From assembly GCA_030704615.1 (NCBI GenBank), contig CM060732.1:31000001-31064000 (forward strand): a stretch of 64,000 nt of DNA. The letters run 5' to 3'. The translations under genes and the position numbers were made by a program. The notes beneath the pieces were generated by a model. That model had not been told where the DNA came from, searched no databases, and saw only the letters and a program-made list of their open reading frames with translations. The DNA comes from Takakia lepidozioides. Its lineage: Eukaryota > Plantae > Bryophyta. Below, one piece after another: positions 51,590-64,000 of the stretch. The stretch's first letter is position 1, and every line of letters begins with the position of its first letter.

Positions 51590-52639
51590 GTAAGTTCACA
51601 CACCAGCATTTTTGCCCTCTTTGCCTTGGCTGATTGTTGTTTATAATGTGAAACAGGCAACTTTGCATATGTGATCTAAACATATTTATGCACATGTGGA
51701 CCAAATATGAGCTTGAACTAAGTTGATTCAATGGGTCATTCTAGTGTTGAACGCAGCTACGTGTCATAGAGACGGAAAATTGTGTTTCGCTTGCACATGA
51801 TTTTTTTTTTTTTTTTTTTTTTTCCATTTTCAAGCCATATGCTTAATGATAGCATATGCAATGTGCGTGAAAAATTTGGGAGTAAACAAAAGTCATTTGG
51901 ACCCATAACCAGATTTTGTTCTCTCATTTGCACTCAAAAGTTGAGTTATCTCCAACTTTATGCACTCTTCATAGAGAGTTTTGCAAAAGTGACCCTAGAA
52001 ACACACTTATTTGTTTTCCATTTTGTTTTTGTCCCATTTTTTGCATGGATGTAGTGGTGCAAAGCCTGATGTCACAGAACAAAATAGAGCTAAAAATAAA
52101 ATCATTACGCCCCTCAAAACCGCAATCATATATTTTCTAAATGCAAATATTTATTTTAAATTCATTTAAATTCGATTTAATTCAAAATTGGTGCAAGGGT
52201 GAGTGCGTTATTGGGGAGGGTTTTTTTTTTATTTATTTATTTATTTATTTTTTTATTTTTTCCCTCTGCTGGATCTTTGTATAGGTGTTGCGCACATATT
52301 TAAACACATGTAGGAAAAAATGAAGCTTGAGCCACATCCGTTTGTTGGGTGCAATGGCATGAGAGGATTTTCTTTCACATTAATAAACAAAAATTGGTTG
52401 ATAGGGTGAATGCGTCATTGGGGGGGCAAATGATTTTGTTTGGGTTTGAAACTTTGCATGCATGTACGTTGCACACATACATGTAATTATTGAATGACAT
52501 ATTTGATGCACACACACATTGAAGGTTGTTGTTTGAATTTCGCTTATAATGAAGTGTATGGTTGCAAGGACACATTATAATATATGTCCCTATGTTCATT
52601 TGTTCGTATCAGGACTTTGTCCATCCCTTCCCGGTCTTT

Positions 52640-53090
52640 TCTCTTGGCACCCCATCCGAAAACAACCCAAGTACATCAGGCGGGAGTCGTGGGCGAGACG
52701 CCGTTCCCACGGTACCGGACGATGATGACGATGACAATGACAATGACAACAACAATGAGCATGGAATTAATCATGGGGATGTGCAAGCCATGGAGGATCT
52801 CTTAATGCATCATGTGGGCGCTGATGCATCCCATGAAGAGAGAACCCGACCAATCGATGATCCTGAAATGGCCCCCTCAAATGACATGGAGAGGGAGGCG
52901 AGAACTCTCTTGTACGAAGGGGCGAAAGTGAGTCGACTTTCAACAATCTTACTTTTGCTCAATCTTCAAATTCGATTTGATATAAGTAATGTTGGGATGT
53001 CTGCCATAATGCGAACTATTGCAGACTATATCCTTGCTCAATACTTGAAACCCAAGATGTCACGGTCGCGGAAAGAGGCGCGCGAAGTCT
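52640..53090 (+). pseudogene. N-terminal fragment of another En/Spm transposase
   Basis: EARTLLYEGAKVSRLSTILLLLNLQIRFDISNVGMS resembles the TnpD N-terminus. It is truncated at a 93-bp repeat. Confidence 0.6.
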
Positions 53091-56000
53091 GTTAAATGGC
53101 TGATATGTCTGATTATTCTTTCATGACAACGACCCTAGGGGTCATGTCCTTGTCTTGACATGACAAAAAGTATCTTCCCTCTCTCACTGTCCAGTATGCT
53201 TAATGGTTTCTGCATACACTATCCATTGATTACCATGCTGATTTTCCAGTCTTTGTGCAGAACCCCACCAAGATCACTCCGGAATGGATTGATGAGCTGC
53301 AGACCTTGGGGTACTAGCTCCGGCTGCTTCCTCCAATCCTTGTTATTCAAGCTGTGCAACCATGGTTCATACCAGGTATGTTTTTTTCCAACAGACCAAT
53401 GGTTTGGGCATGGAGAATAGATAAGCACAGGACATAACAAACTTATAAATTATGATAATATGAGCTAGGCCCTGGTAAGATAGTATACTCGAGTATATGT
53501 ACACACCTTCTACATGGTCCGGTCACTGTACATTACTCTTACTAACTGTCCCCTGTAGCCAATGCCTTATATCAATATTTAGTTTGTCTTCGGCTCAAAT
53601 GCTTTTTGGCTTCTCCTAAATGTGGCTTTGCTCTTAGTAGCACCACACAAACAGACCCCTGAATGTTGATATCATGAGCTAGGCCATGGTAAGACAGTAT
53701 ACTGGAGTATATGTACACACATTCTACATGATCCGGTCACTGTACATCATTCTTGCTAACTGATCCCTTGTAGCCAATGCCTTATGTCAAAATTTAGTTG
53801 GTCTTCGGCTCACATGCTTTTTGGCTTCTCCTAGATGTGGCTTCGCTCTTTGTAGCACCACACAAAAATGTCGGCGCTTGGGTGTGATTTTTGACAGCCT
53901 AAATATGGTGTGTCCTTTTCCTTGAAAGCAGATATGCTTGTGATGGTGGAGTTCACAAAAAACCAGAGTAAGTAAATACCATGGTTTCTTACACCTATGA
54001 TTTCTTCAATAACTAGTTCCTTTTGGGGTCTATGCTTAATACATACCCCAGCAATATGCTCGATTTCATATGCTTGTTCTGATTACCCAGATTGAATAAG
54101 GGATAGTTTGATAATCCTCTATGGTACACCTTCCAAAGGATTTGCTAATGAGCAGGGAGAGGTTACCCTTTTGGAGAAGGAGTCTGGTATGCACTCCCTT
54201 ACGGGGTGAGTGCATACCACACTCACTCCGTAAGGGCCTGCCATACCAGGGGTTGGATGGTGGGATTCCCTCTCTCTCCCTCTCTCTCCCTCTGGAAACT
54301 GGGTTTATGGAATTGTTGTCCCGACTTCCATTTTTGAAAAAATTGAAAAAATTGGGTTGCAGAGAATTTTGGATGTTTTTCATCCAAAATACATTTTTTT
54401 CCTAGTGAAACATTTCTTCACTAAATACCTGTGAGGTTTTTTGCTTCATCCGAACATCAAACCGGACTATACTGATTGCAAAACTCCCGTCAGTTTTTTC
54501 AATCCAACCTGGATGAAAAAAAGACTTCATCTGACAAGACCTAAATACGGGGCAAGACAGGTATAAAAAAGTTTTAAAAAAAAACCCCCGATGTTTTTCA
54601 TCTAACCTAGATGAAAAGCGGACTGCATCCGTCGAGTTCAAGACAGGATGAATGCACGATGTCTTTCATCTTCCGCGAATGAGAAACGGACAACGTCCGT
54701 CGACGTACAGGCTGGCGGATGTTTTTCATCCTGAGAAGGATGAATGACGGGCCAGACAGGGGAAAACCCTGCGCAACCCTAATGTATTTCTTTTTTCGTT
54801 GCGAGAGCGCGTGCGATGGCGGCTTGGGAGGAGCGATGGTGCTCGTGCTGCAGATACCTTGAGCTACCAATCCTTGAGTGTTTATGGCTCCTGTGAGCGC
54901 CGCCTAGGCGGGCTCTTTAAGGCGATGGCGGTGGCTTAGAGATGAGGGAAGATTCACTGTCTCTGTTGTCTGTTTTTTTGCTGCACAAGGGAACCGCGGC
55001 AGTGATGGCGGAGGTACCACCTGCATGCTTATGACGTTTCCCTAGGAGCCCTCCTCTGGATCTTTGATGAATGGCGGCGCCTTGGTAGAACAAGGAAGTC
55101 TCTCTCCCTCCCTTTATAAACCCTACCTTTTGAGACCAAGTTTTTTTTTCTTATGCTTGGCAAGACCTTGCTTTGGTTAAGGTAGCAGTGTTGTGGTGCT
55201 GGCGGAGTCCTCCCTGCACGGCTAGGCTTGTGGAGAGATGGCGACTCTCCCCCAAACAGTAAAAAATGTTTTTTTGTTTGTTTGTTTTGCTTCCCTGCTT
55301 TCTTTGGCATTCTCTGCGCTTAGATTGAAGTGTATTTGACCTCGATAGCAAGTGTGGAAGCCTGCTACTCACCTCGTGCATCCTCACTAACTCACAATGC
55401 GTTGTGGTTGTTTTTGGGACGGGCATAGGTGAGGGCTTCCACTTAATATTCTGATGTCTAGGTGCTGCTGGATGCCAAGTGGGATTGCAGAGCAGGGGAA
55501 GGAATCGCTTGCTAGGGACTCATCTTAAATGTTGAAAAACTAAACTACTCTATGGTTTTTCTTGATCCTACCTCTTTCCTTTCTTTATTTTTGAAGAACA
55601 AGTGTAATGCTTTCTACGATGGGCTATTTTTGGCCCAGCCAATGGAAGACCTCTGCTTTGTTGTGACAACCGGGTTTATGATGGCTTGTGTGAGATACAC
55701 ACATCTGTTTTCCAGGCCCTTGTTTGCTTTGCTTACCTTATGGTAGTTGGAAACAATTTGAGAGGTTGCAAGGAACTGTTTGTTGCAGCTATTCGGGTAC
55801 CCATGTTGGCCCCTGTTACGTTCCAACTCGGATGGCTTTGTTAGCTAGATGCTTAGGCTAGGATATGGTGAAGATTTTGCCTGTGGATATTCGGCTGACA
55901 ATGAAATATGACAGCAATATATAACTGGTAACTGGTTTTTGAGGCAGCCAGGGTGGTCAAGTGGAAATACCCCCTGGACATGGTGTAATGACATGGTCAA

Positions 56001-56653
56001 ATGTGGAATGATGTGAATAGGATGTACTGACAGTATTATATACTGTCACATGATGTGTATGCAGTCCTTTATCTTTACCTTGTTGGGTCACGAACTTTGA
56101 TTTTTAGCTGTAGCAAGAAATAAAGGTATAGGGGTATTCTTTAAAACTTACCAGACATATCCACCTCCCCTGTGGGGGCAAGCTGTGCTGCAGACCAGTC
56201 TAAACAAATATTGGCAGGGCAAGATATTTAAATCTGTGATGTCCAAGTGTTCTTCTTGTTCTTTTTGTTTTGAAAAAAAACCCTCCATGACACCCATGGG
56301 GTTTGAGTAAGTATGCTTGGATTACAGCTTGCGGACAGTAAATCTGTATGACCATTTGACCTGCAACACATCAAGGCCAAAATATGGCCAAGTACCCGCC
56401 ATCCCAACCAGACCTTTGAATGTGTATCATGATCATGACTGGTGGTCAATAAGCATCAGTGGCATACTCTTTGGGTTATGAATAATACTGACATGAACAC
56501 ATTATTGTGCATGGATGTAATTCTGGATTTTCTAAGCTTGATGATTGATGGATGGTGCCACTGTTAAGTGGCTGATATGTCTGATTATTCTTTCATGACA
56601 ACGACCCTAGGGGTCCTGTCCTTGTCTTGACATGACAAAAAGTATCTTCCCTC
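53089..56653 (+). repeat. 93-bp direct repeats at 53089-53181 and 56561-56653
   Basis: ctgttaa.tggctgatatgtctgattattc...gtatcttccctc with 2 mismatches. Confidence 0.9.
53460..53866 (+). repeat. Tandem duplication, ~214-bp period
   Basis: atgagctaggcc...gtagcaccacacaaa occurs at 53460 and 53674. Confidence 0.9.
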
Positions 56654-57089
56654 ATCTCTCCTTCTGTCCCATGAAGATGTGGAGAGAGACGGAGAGAGGG
56701 AGAAAGAGGGAGTGAGGAGGGAAAAAAAAACTAAAAAAGAATGTGGGGGGGAAGTGACTGAGCAGCACCAGCATCTGAGCAGCAGCTGCTTAGTCACTCC
56801 GCTACTGCTCAGTCACTCCCCCCCCCCCACATTTATTTATTTATTTTCCTCATTTCTCCGTCTCTCTCCTCCATCTGTCCCTGTCCCTCTGCTGCTCACA
56901 AAAGAAAAAAACCAGAGAGGGGCTGAGCTGCTGCTACTCAGTCCCCCCCCCCCCCAGCTACTTCTTTTTTTATTTTCTTGGCCCCCTCTATCCCTCTCCC
57001 TCCCTCTCTCCCGTCTGTCCCTGTCCCTCTCTCTCCTTCTCCTTTGTGCAGGTCCCCAAAAAAAAAGGGAAATCTCTCCCTCTCTCTCC

Positions 57090-57185
57090 ATGAAATTGAA
57101 ACTGAAGAACACTTCTTCTATTGTCCTATATACTATGAGATCCGTGGGGATTCCACTGTCTACTCCGTGGAACCCAAACTCTCAC
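57090..57185 (+). pseudogene. LINE ORF2 C-terminal CCHC fragment
   Basis: EIETEEHFFYCPIYYEIRG matches the ETxxHxxxxC motif. Confidence 0.55.
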
Positions 57186-58366
57186 TGAAATCTCTCACTA
57201 TGAAGATCAGAAATGCATGGCTGCTTACCTGCAGTTGGGCGTCTCATGTAGCAGCTCCTTCACGCTGGCGTTCCGCTGGCGCTTCGCCACCAGGTCGCGT
57301 GGGCACACTCCCTCGCTCAAACAACAAAAAAGGGAGAAGAGGGAGAGAGATAAGGGCGAGAGGGAGAGTGAGGGCTAAGAGGGAGAATGAGAGGGAGAGT
57401 GAGGGCTAAGAGGGAGAATGAGAGAGAGAGAAGGAGAGGGAGGGCAGCTCCCTCACGCGGCAGCTCCTTCACGCTGGCGGTCCCTCCCGCGGCGCTGGCG
57501 TTCGGTTGGCACTCCACCAGCATGTCATGGGGGCGCGCTCCCAGCTCACTCAAACAGCAACAAAAAACAAAACGACATAGAAGAGGGAGAGAGAGAGTGA
57601 GGGAGAGGGATTAGGGCGAGAGGGAGAGTGATAGAGAGGGCGCGCGCGGGTTTGAACACCGTGGCGCGTCAGTGTTGCGTCACCGCCGCCGGAAAACATT
57701 CCGGCGCGCGGGGGTACTTGCGCCCGGGAGAGCTCGAGATAAAAAAAAACAAAGTAGGGATGGAGGGAGGGGAGGGAGGAAGAGTGAGAGGAGGAGGGTG
57801 AGGGAGAGAGAGATCAGATAGAGAGATTGAGAGGGGGAGTGAGAGGCGGTCGGTGCAGTGTGGCGACCCCACCGGAAAACCTCGGCGGCGATCAGGCGCC
57901 TTCGTGAAGGGGAGAGAGAAGGGGAGAGAAGGGCGGCCACCTTGGCATGAGGAGGATCCGCTGCGACGTTGGGGAATCGCATGAGCGTCGCTGCCTCAGG
58001 GGGACGTCGCACGACAGTCGCAGATCTGGCGTAGAGGCGAGTTGAAGAGGCATCTCATTTTTTATTTTATTTTTTTGGTTTTTTGGGTTATGGGGTTTTG
58101 CAAGGATCATTTGGGTTTTTGGGTCTTTGGCTCTTAGGGTTTTAAGGGTTACATAGTTTAGTTTAGGGTTAGTTATAATATAGTTAGTTTAGGATTAGCT
58201 GCAATATATTTTTGTTTTTAGGGTTTTGTTTTTTGGTGGGGTGGGGACATATGGCTTTACGTTGTAGGGTTTTTTTTTCAAGTTTTTCCAAGGATTGGGA
58301 GTGTAACTCCTCCGGAGGTTACAGTGGGTCACAATACGGTACTCTACCTCTCTCTCGTGCTAGGTC

Positions 58367-59758
58367 ATGCCGCGTGTTTATCGACGTGTCACGCTTGAGG
58401 ATTCGTTGCCGGCTGTGCCACAACCACCCGCTGAGGGCGAGACAACACGTTCGCCTCGTCTACGAGTTAGGCGACATCGCCATGTCCGCACAGCTTTGCC
58501 CCCACGGCCACCACCCCGAGGTCGTAGGCCGCCAAGTCCAGAGGCACGAGCCCCGGGGAAACCCCGCGGGGACCGCCTCCCCAAGATTGAGTGTTGGTGC
58601 AGTTGGTGTTGGGCACGACTACCGGTTGGGAGGACCACACCAATGATGCGGCGACCCCATGTTGTGCAAAAACATTACGCCAAGTATGAGATTGCTGATG
58701 CAGCAAAGGTAAGTCGTCATATATCTTCTCACGTACTCCTCAATTAAAAGTACTATATCTAATGAAACCTCGCGTTTGTGAATTGAGTATTGATGCATTT
58801 CATATCATGCATCTTGCAGCCCCGTCTTGATGTCCAAGCTCGCAATTTTTTTGATAAAGAGGCATACCGATGCGGGTTTCTTCCTTCTTACGAGCCCCAC
58901 CCCGTTCCGGATGTGAACATTTTTTTCTCGCAACATGACGTAGATGCAGTTTGTGAGGTAGCGGGGTACGATGCGTGTTTTTCTATTTTTGGGAACCGGG
59001 CTAGGCGCTTGTTACCTACGCACACACATTCGTCATCCTCGACATCGGCACCTCCATCATCACCATCATCTGCATCGTCCGTTCCTCCTATTGTAGATGG
59101 TCTTTCCTCATCACCATTGCCATCCGAGGTCCCTCATACCGACCGGCTACGTGTCCCTTCCCCTCCATTGCCGAGACCACAGCCGCCACCGAGTCCGAGT
59201 TCGACATCCTCGACATCGGCACCCCCATCATCACCATCATCCGCATCGTCCGTTCCTCCTATTGTACATGTTCTTTCCTCATCACCATCGCCATCTCGGC
59301 CAGTACTACCTCCACGCGAGATCCCTCATACCAACCTACGTGTCCCTTCCCCTCCATTGCCGAAACCACAGTTGCCACCGAGTCCGTATCCGGGTCCTCC
59401 GGCAGAACCCGGATGGATCCCACCACCTTTGGGGACTGTGTATGACTGGGACCGATGGATCACTAGGTTCCCACTCCGGGAGAAGGGCCCCCGAAGTGAT
59501 GGACGGGCGCTGCTCCCTAGGAGAGGTGGACCGAAGTTGTTTCGCACGGTTGGTCCGCGCCTTCGCCGGCCTATTGACGGCACCATACGTTATCGTGGTG
59601 CTAGGGAGCTATTCACGATGGGAGTCCAACCCCATTTCTACCAATGTCTTGTGCCTTGTCAAGTTCCAATTCCCGAGGGTGAGCCCTTTCTTTTTTGGGG
59701 TCGCATGTATTGCGTGATGGAGGCAATGGACCCTAGTATGGGTCGCGGACTTTTTTGA
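58367..59758 (+). CDS. Spliced Pro/Ser-rich ORF, probably transposon-borne
   Basis: Exon 58367-58708 (CWCSWC...H; GTAAG donor), acceptor ttgcag at ~58819, open to 59758; internal ~171-bp duplication. Confidence 0.4.
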
Positions 59759-59899
59759 TGGAGGATGTAGTTTTGGGGGGAGGAGAGGATTCTGTGGATT
59801 TGTTCCCATATTTTGGGCCGAGGTACACCCACCGGGAGTGGCAATTATTGCAGACACACGGCTTTGGGTCCTTGATGTACCCACTTTTCTTCGTTTCCA

Positions 59900-62758
59900 T
59901 TTCTTACTGCATTCCAAAAAATCTTTCAAACGTTGAGTGGAATTATCTTTTCCGTCATTGACTGTCTGGAAGGTGTGGGCTGGATGCATGATGTCCTCAG
60001 TCATCATAGCTCTAATGGATTGAACATCGCCATAAACAATCTTGAGCATAGCCAAAGTGTGATGGAGAAGTTGGTCATTGCCTTGCACAGCTTCAATGAT
60101 GGTGTGCATAATATCTTTGATTTCTTGCATATCATTCCATGCAAGAGTCCGAGGTGGTGCGTGTAGTGTTCGTCCATTTGATATTTGTCACAGCTGCAAA
60201 CAAATTTCGCACATTTTTCACATTTAGTCACGGCCACAACTATATTAACGTGAAGGGAAATTTACATATGGATAATGATAGATGTGACATACCTTCAATC
60301 ACTTGCGAACTTGTAAGTGATACATCATTTTCACTCTCAAATATTGCTTCCAACCGATCCTAACTCCCGTACCACATGATTGCACAATACGGGCACTTGA
60401 GACATTTCTCACCATTTGTAGAACTTTTATTTGATGCTTGCAAAGATTTCCTCCAGTCACACGTACAAGAGGCCCAATCGTTGAAGGCATTGTGCACTGT
60501 ATAGAACTTGGTTGCACAATGACAACTCTGTACCTGAAAAGGTTCCCCATCGGTCGTAGGAGGTATAACACTACTGTCCGGTATACTTCTTGCTCTTACA
60601 ACAACACTTTTCATAAAAGCCTCCGCACATTCATTAATCACAAATCCATGATTCTTCATGTTTTCCATGTATGCGCAGTGTCTTGTCACGTCACCCACCA
60701 ACTCATAAACTAACCAATCCACCCTCTGACCCCTCAATGTCTTTTTGGATTCAGATAGACGAGATTTTAGAAATCCATGGTAAGCCTCAATAGCAACGTT
60801 AGTCTCTTGTCCCGCGTATGGAACTTTTCTTGCACTTGTCACCCACATTGTTGTTTTTGGAAACCATTCTTTCTGAAAGTACTGATGGAAGGTCTTCTCC
60901 TCGGGGAACTTCTGGAATAGTGTGTTGGAGTTCTCATTTGCTCGAGCTTCAATTTGTCCTGATGACTCATTTGGTGTTGATGACATATACATAATGTTTC
61001 CAAGTCCCTCCAATATAGAGGTAAAAATCCCCACATAGCAATCTTGCCCATTGCATTTTTCATCCAAGCTTTTCTCACATGCCATAAACATAGAAAGATC
61101 GGCATAGATGGTCCCCATACACATCTGCATAATGCGAACATATAGATGAGAATTAGATTATTATACTAGAGGATTATGTTGCATGCATAATAAATAATGT
61201 GAATGTGTATATATTAAAAAATGATTTGTAGTTTGGTACAAGGCGATTGCGGCAATAGAAAAGATGGTACGCTACCTTATGGCATTAATCTCAGTGTCTG
61301 CATCATCAACAATGAACGATGACGACAACCAATGAGGATTTGAATCTGTCATGTGGCATTGTAGTGCAGTCATCCAATGCACAAGGTCTTCTGTTTGTCC
61401 CCTGCTCGTTATAACCCACGCAACAGGAACTTCGTTGCAGAAGTTGTCATATACCATGAGAGTGAATAATTGAAATTTTTGGGTGTTGGTACCAAAAGTA
61501 GCATCACAAGCAACCAACCCTCCATGCCCTAGCTCCAACATTCTTCTCTTTTGATACATGGTTTGTACACCCAAGCTGAAAGGAAAGCCCTTCTGATTCA
61601 TCGTGTTGTTGATAAAAGAAAATACATTCATGATGTGTCATCACCCACTTTGTACACTTCAAGCATGGTCTTCATCACGTTTGTAGGTCTCAAACGCCTT
61701 TCGCTTTGCAATGTTCAAAATGTCATACATCTTGAGAAAGTCATCCCTTGTCGAGTGACCCCCAATGTCCTGTTTTTCCAACCAACGTCGTTTGTGTTCA
61801 TCAAAGATTGCCCGGGGAGTGCTTCCACAATCAAGTTTCTTTCGTATCCATTGCTTCAATTCATCTGATATATGAGGGGCAAACTGAGATGGACGCTCAA
61901 TGGATTCCGGGTCCAAGCTTCCGTGACAAGGTTGACCCTTCACATCTGTATGTTCAATGTGGTAATATGCCAATTGTGCAATGTCGGGGCATGCATACAA
62001 TTGTTTGACAGAAAACATACATAGACAACCGTGACGTGTTGTTTCTGCATGCCTCACTTTGTTTCGTCTTTTTTTGCGACGCTTAGGTGCTCCTTCAACT
62101 TCTTCTTTCAATGCCGGTGGTGGTGAAACATCCAATTCTCTTGCATTGCATCGATCATCTTCCGGTCCCCATGCACAATGGTACTTACAACATCATATTG
62201 CATATCGTTTTGTATTTCATATGTAAATACACATATCTAACTAGTTACTATATGTACAACCTTCTCGTAACATAAGTATGACAAATAAATCAGGTATTCA
62301 CCTGCAATGAAATAGAAAATTGAAGCAAATCTATGCTTGAAGTCTTAAACTCTAAATGCAAGTTTTGTGTCAAATGACCTTTAGATACGTACTAAACTGA
62401 CAAAATTCAAATAACAAACAAACTACAATGCATGCACATGTTTGTCACTCATCGATACAATTATCAAAGAAATATATGAACTTGAAACTCACCATGTATG
62501 AGAAATGTAGTTCTCAATTGTGACGTGTAGGGGTGTAGACTTGTTCTTTCTTGTCTTTGTTGTACGGAAAGTGGTTGGTGCATTAGGGTTTTGACTCTCT
62601 CCATCCTTGAAATCATCAACTCGATGCATTGGAATGTAAGCAACCATGCAATGTACTGATTTGCCTTGCCCCCATCGTGTGTCAGGAGACCAATGTAAAT
62701 CCTCAGCTCTAAACACCTTCTTGCTTGGATTTTGTACCTCTAATCCCCATTGAGCCAT
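59900..62758 (-). pseudogene. Mutator-like (MULE) transposase with SWIM zinc finger
   Basis: ACDATFGTN, LFTLMVYD, VPVAWVI, FIVDDADTEINAI, FLCLWHVRKAW, SCTCD..GNLCKHQ; GT-AG introns; stops and frameshifts. Confidence 0.88.
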
Positions 62759-63379
62759 TGCATTAGAGATAGATGAGGGCAAATCAAAACTAAGTAAAGC
62801 CCTAAACACACTAATCCAAGACAAAAGGACGTGAGTAGCTCGTCGAGCTACTCACAGGCTGAGGTGTAGGTAGGCGCCGTGCGACGGGCGGGCGGGCATG
62901 TGGGCGGACGAGCGGGCGGGCCTTGGAGGGGCGGGCTGTGCAGGCGGGGCGGGGCGGGGCAGAGGGGCGCGGAACGGGGCACGTGAAACGAGGGCGAGGC
63001 TTTGGAGGCAGGCGGGCTGCCTTCAATGAGGGCAGCCTTAAATGCAAGGTGTGGGGCCCAAACCAAGGGGTCTACGTGGGGACCGGAAGCGGGCGCATTA
63101 ATAGCCTGGCTACAAAGGATTCCGGGGCGCCTTCTGTAATGCTTCATCTTTCCCTAACTTCTGAAAGTGAAAGTTTACTTTTTTTTTTTCAAAATTTGTT
63201 TAAAAAAAAACAAACGAAAAAAAAAAAAAAAAAAAACTATCAGGATTCGGAAGGATACACACATTTCTGGTCATTTTTCACCTTTCAATGACCAATTGAC
63301 CCCCGCCTTGATTATCATAAATTGTTCTTTTTCGTGCTGCAGGAGGGAGAGATTTATTTTCGCCGTTTTGTAAGATAAC

Positions 63380-64000
63380 AGAGTTTGAGGCCCTTCACGC
63401 CCTGATTGCAGAACTGGCAAACCTTCAAACACCTAATCAATGCTTTCTGCCTCTGGGAACTTTCTTCCGGCTTCTTCCTTGATATTTGCTGACAAGTGAT
63501 TCTGAGCATGCTGAGTTTTGCCAAGAAGCGCAAAGTAGGTGAAGTGTGGGGTGGCAATGCAGAGATCCACGCATTTTGAAGATCTTGGATGAATTGTGGA
63601 TCCTTGAGGATGGATGGGTTCAATTTAAAGAAGCCCCTCCCCCGCACCCTGCAGCCCGGTGCATTGAGCAGCAATTGAATTGCGGCATGATCAAACCCTG
63701 GCTGAATCGGCTCAATTTGAGTTCTCTTGGACCAGCCAATAAGGGAGGTTGTGCAGTAAAACCTGTCCAGGCGGGCCTGGCATAAATCTGGTGGCACCCT
63801 GTTATTGGACCAGGTAAACTTAAGCTCCCCGATACTTGGAGCGGTTGCATCCAACAAACCAACAGTCAAACAAAGTGAGTCCCAGGCATCTGTTGCTGCT
63901 GGTGAGAGACCGTGAGCAGACTAACCAAGTCTATCTACTTCATGCTCTACCATATTAAAATCGCCCCGCACAATCCAGTGCTGGATCTGTGGATGCTGAA
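63380..64000 (-). pseudogene. LINE (L1-like) endonuclease fragment
   Basis: FTWSN...ARLDRFY...FDHAAI...FKLNPSIL. Confidence 0.85.

Noticed and set aside
58130-58195. Telomere repeat tract
   Set aside because: Only a few degenerate TTAGGG/TTTAGGG-like units.

Overview
Eukaryotic, almost certainly land-plant, transposon-rich DNA with no intact host gene. PLS-class PPR fragments, CACTA, MULE and L1 pieces point to a non-seed plant, which is an inference. The main content is two diverged, oppositely oriented copies of a Ty3/Gypsy LTR retrotransposon (~19.6-29.4 kb +, ~34.7-41.7 kb -). Their domain order is Gag-protease-C5 DNA methyltransferase (DNMT3-like)-RT-RNaseH-integrase-PHD finger. Both copies have an in-frame TAG-CAA-CCA, a CARYYA readthrough context, between the methyltransferase region and RT. 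Both also appear to lack an AUG at the gag start. Copy 1 has lost the methyltransferase catalytic core and is interrupted by a 2.7 kb non-autonomous CACTA element carrying PPR repeats (28-bp TIRs, TAT TSD). Also present: a pol-deleted Gypsy-type element with extra ORFs (~9.6-18 kb), a CACTA right end with a TnpA-like gene (2-5 kb), a CACTA TnpD/TnpA locus (42.9-51.6 kb), a MULE/SWIM transposase pseudogene, LINE fragments and several tandem or dispersed repeats. All calls are by eye from motifs; no database searches were run.
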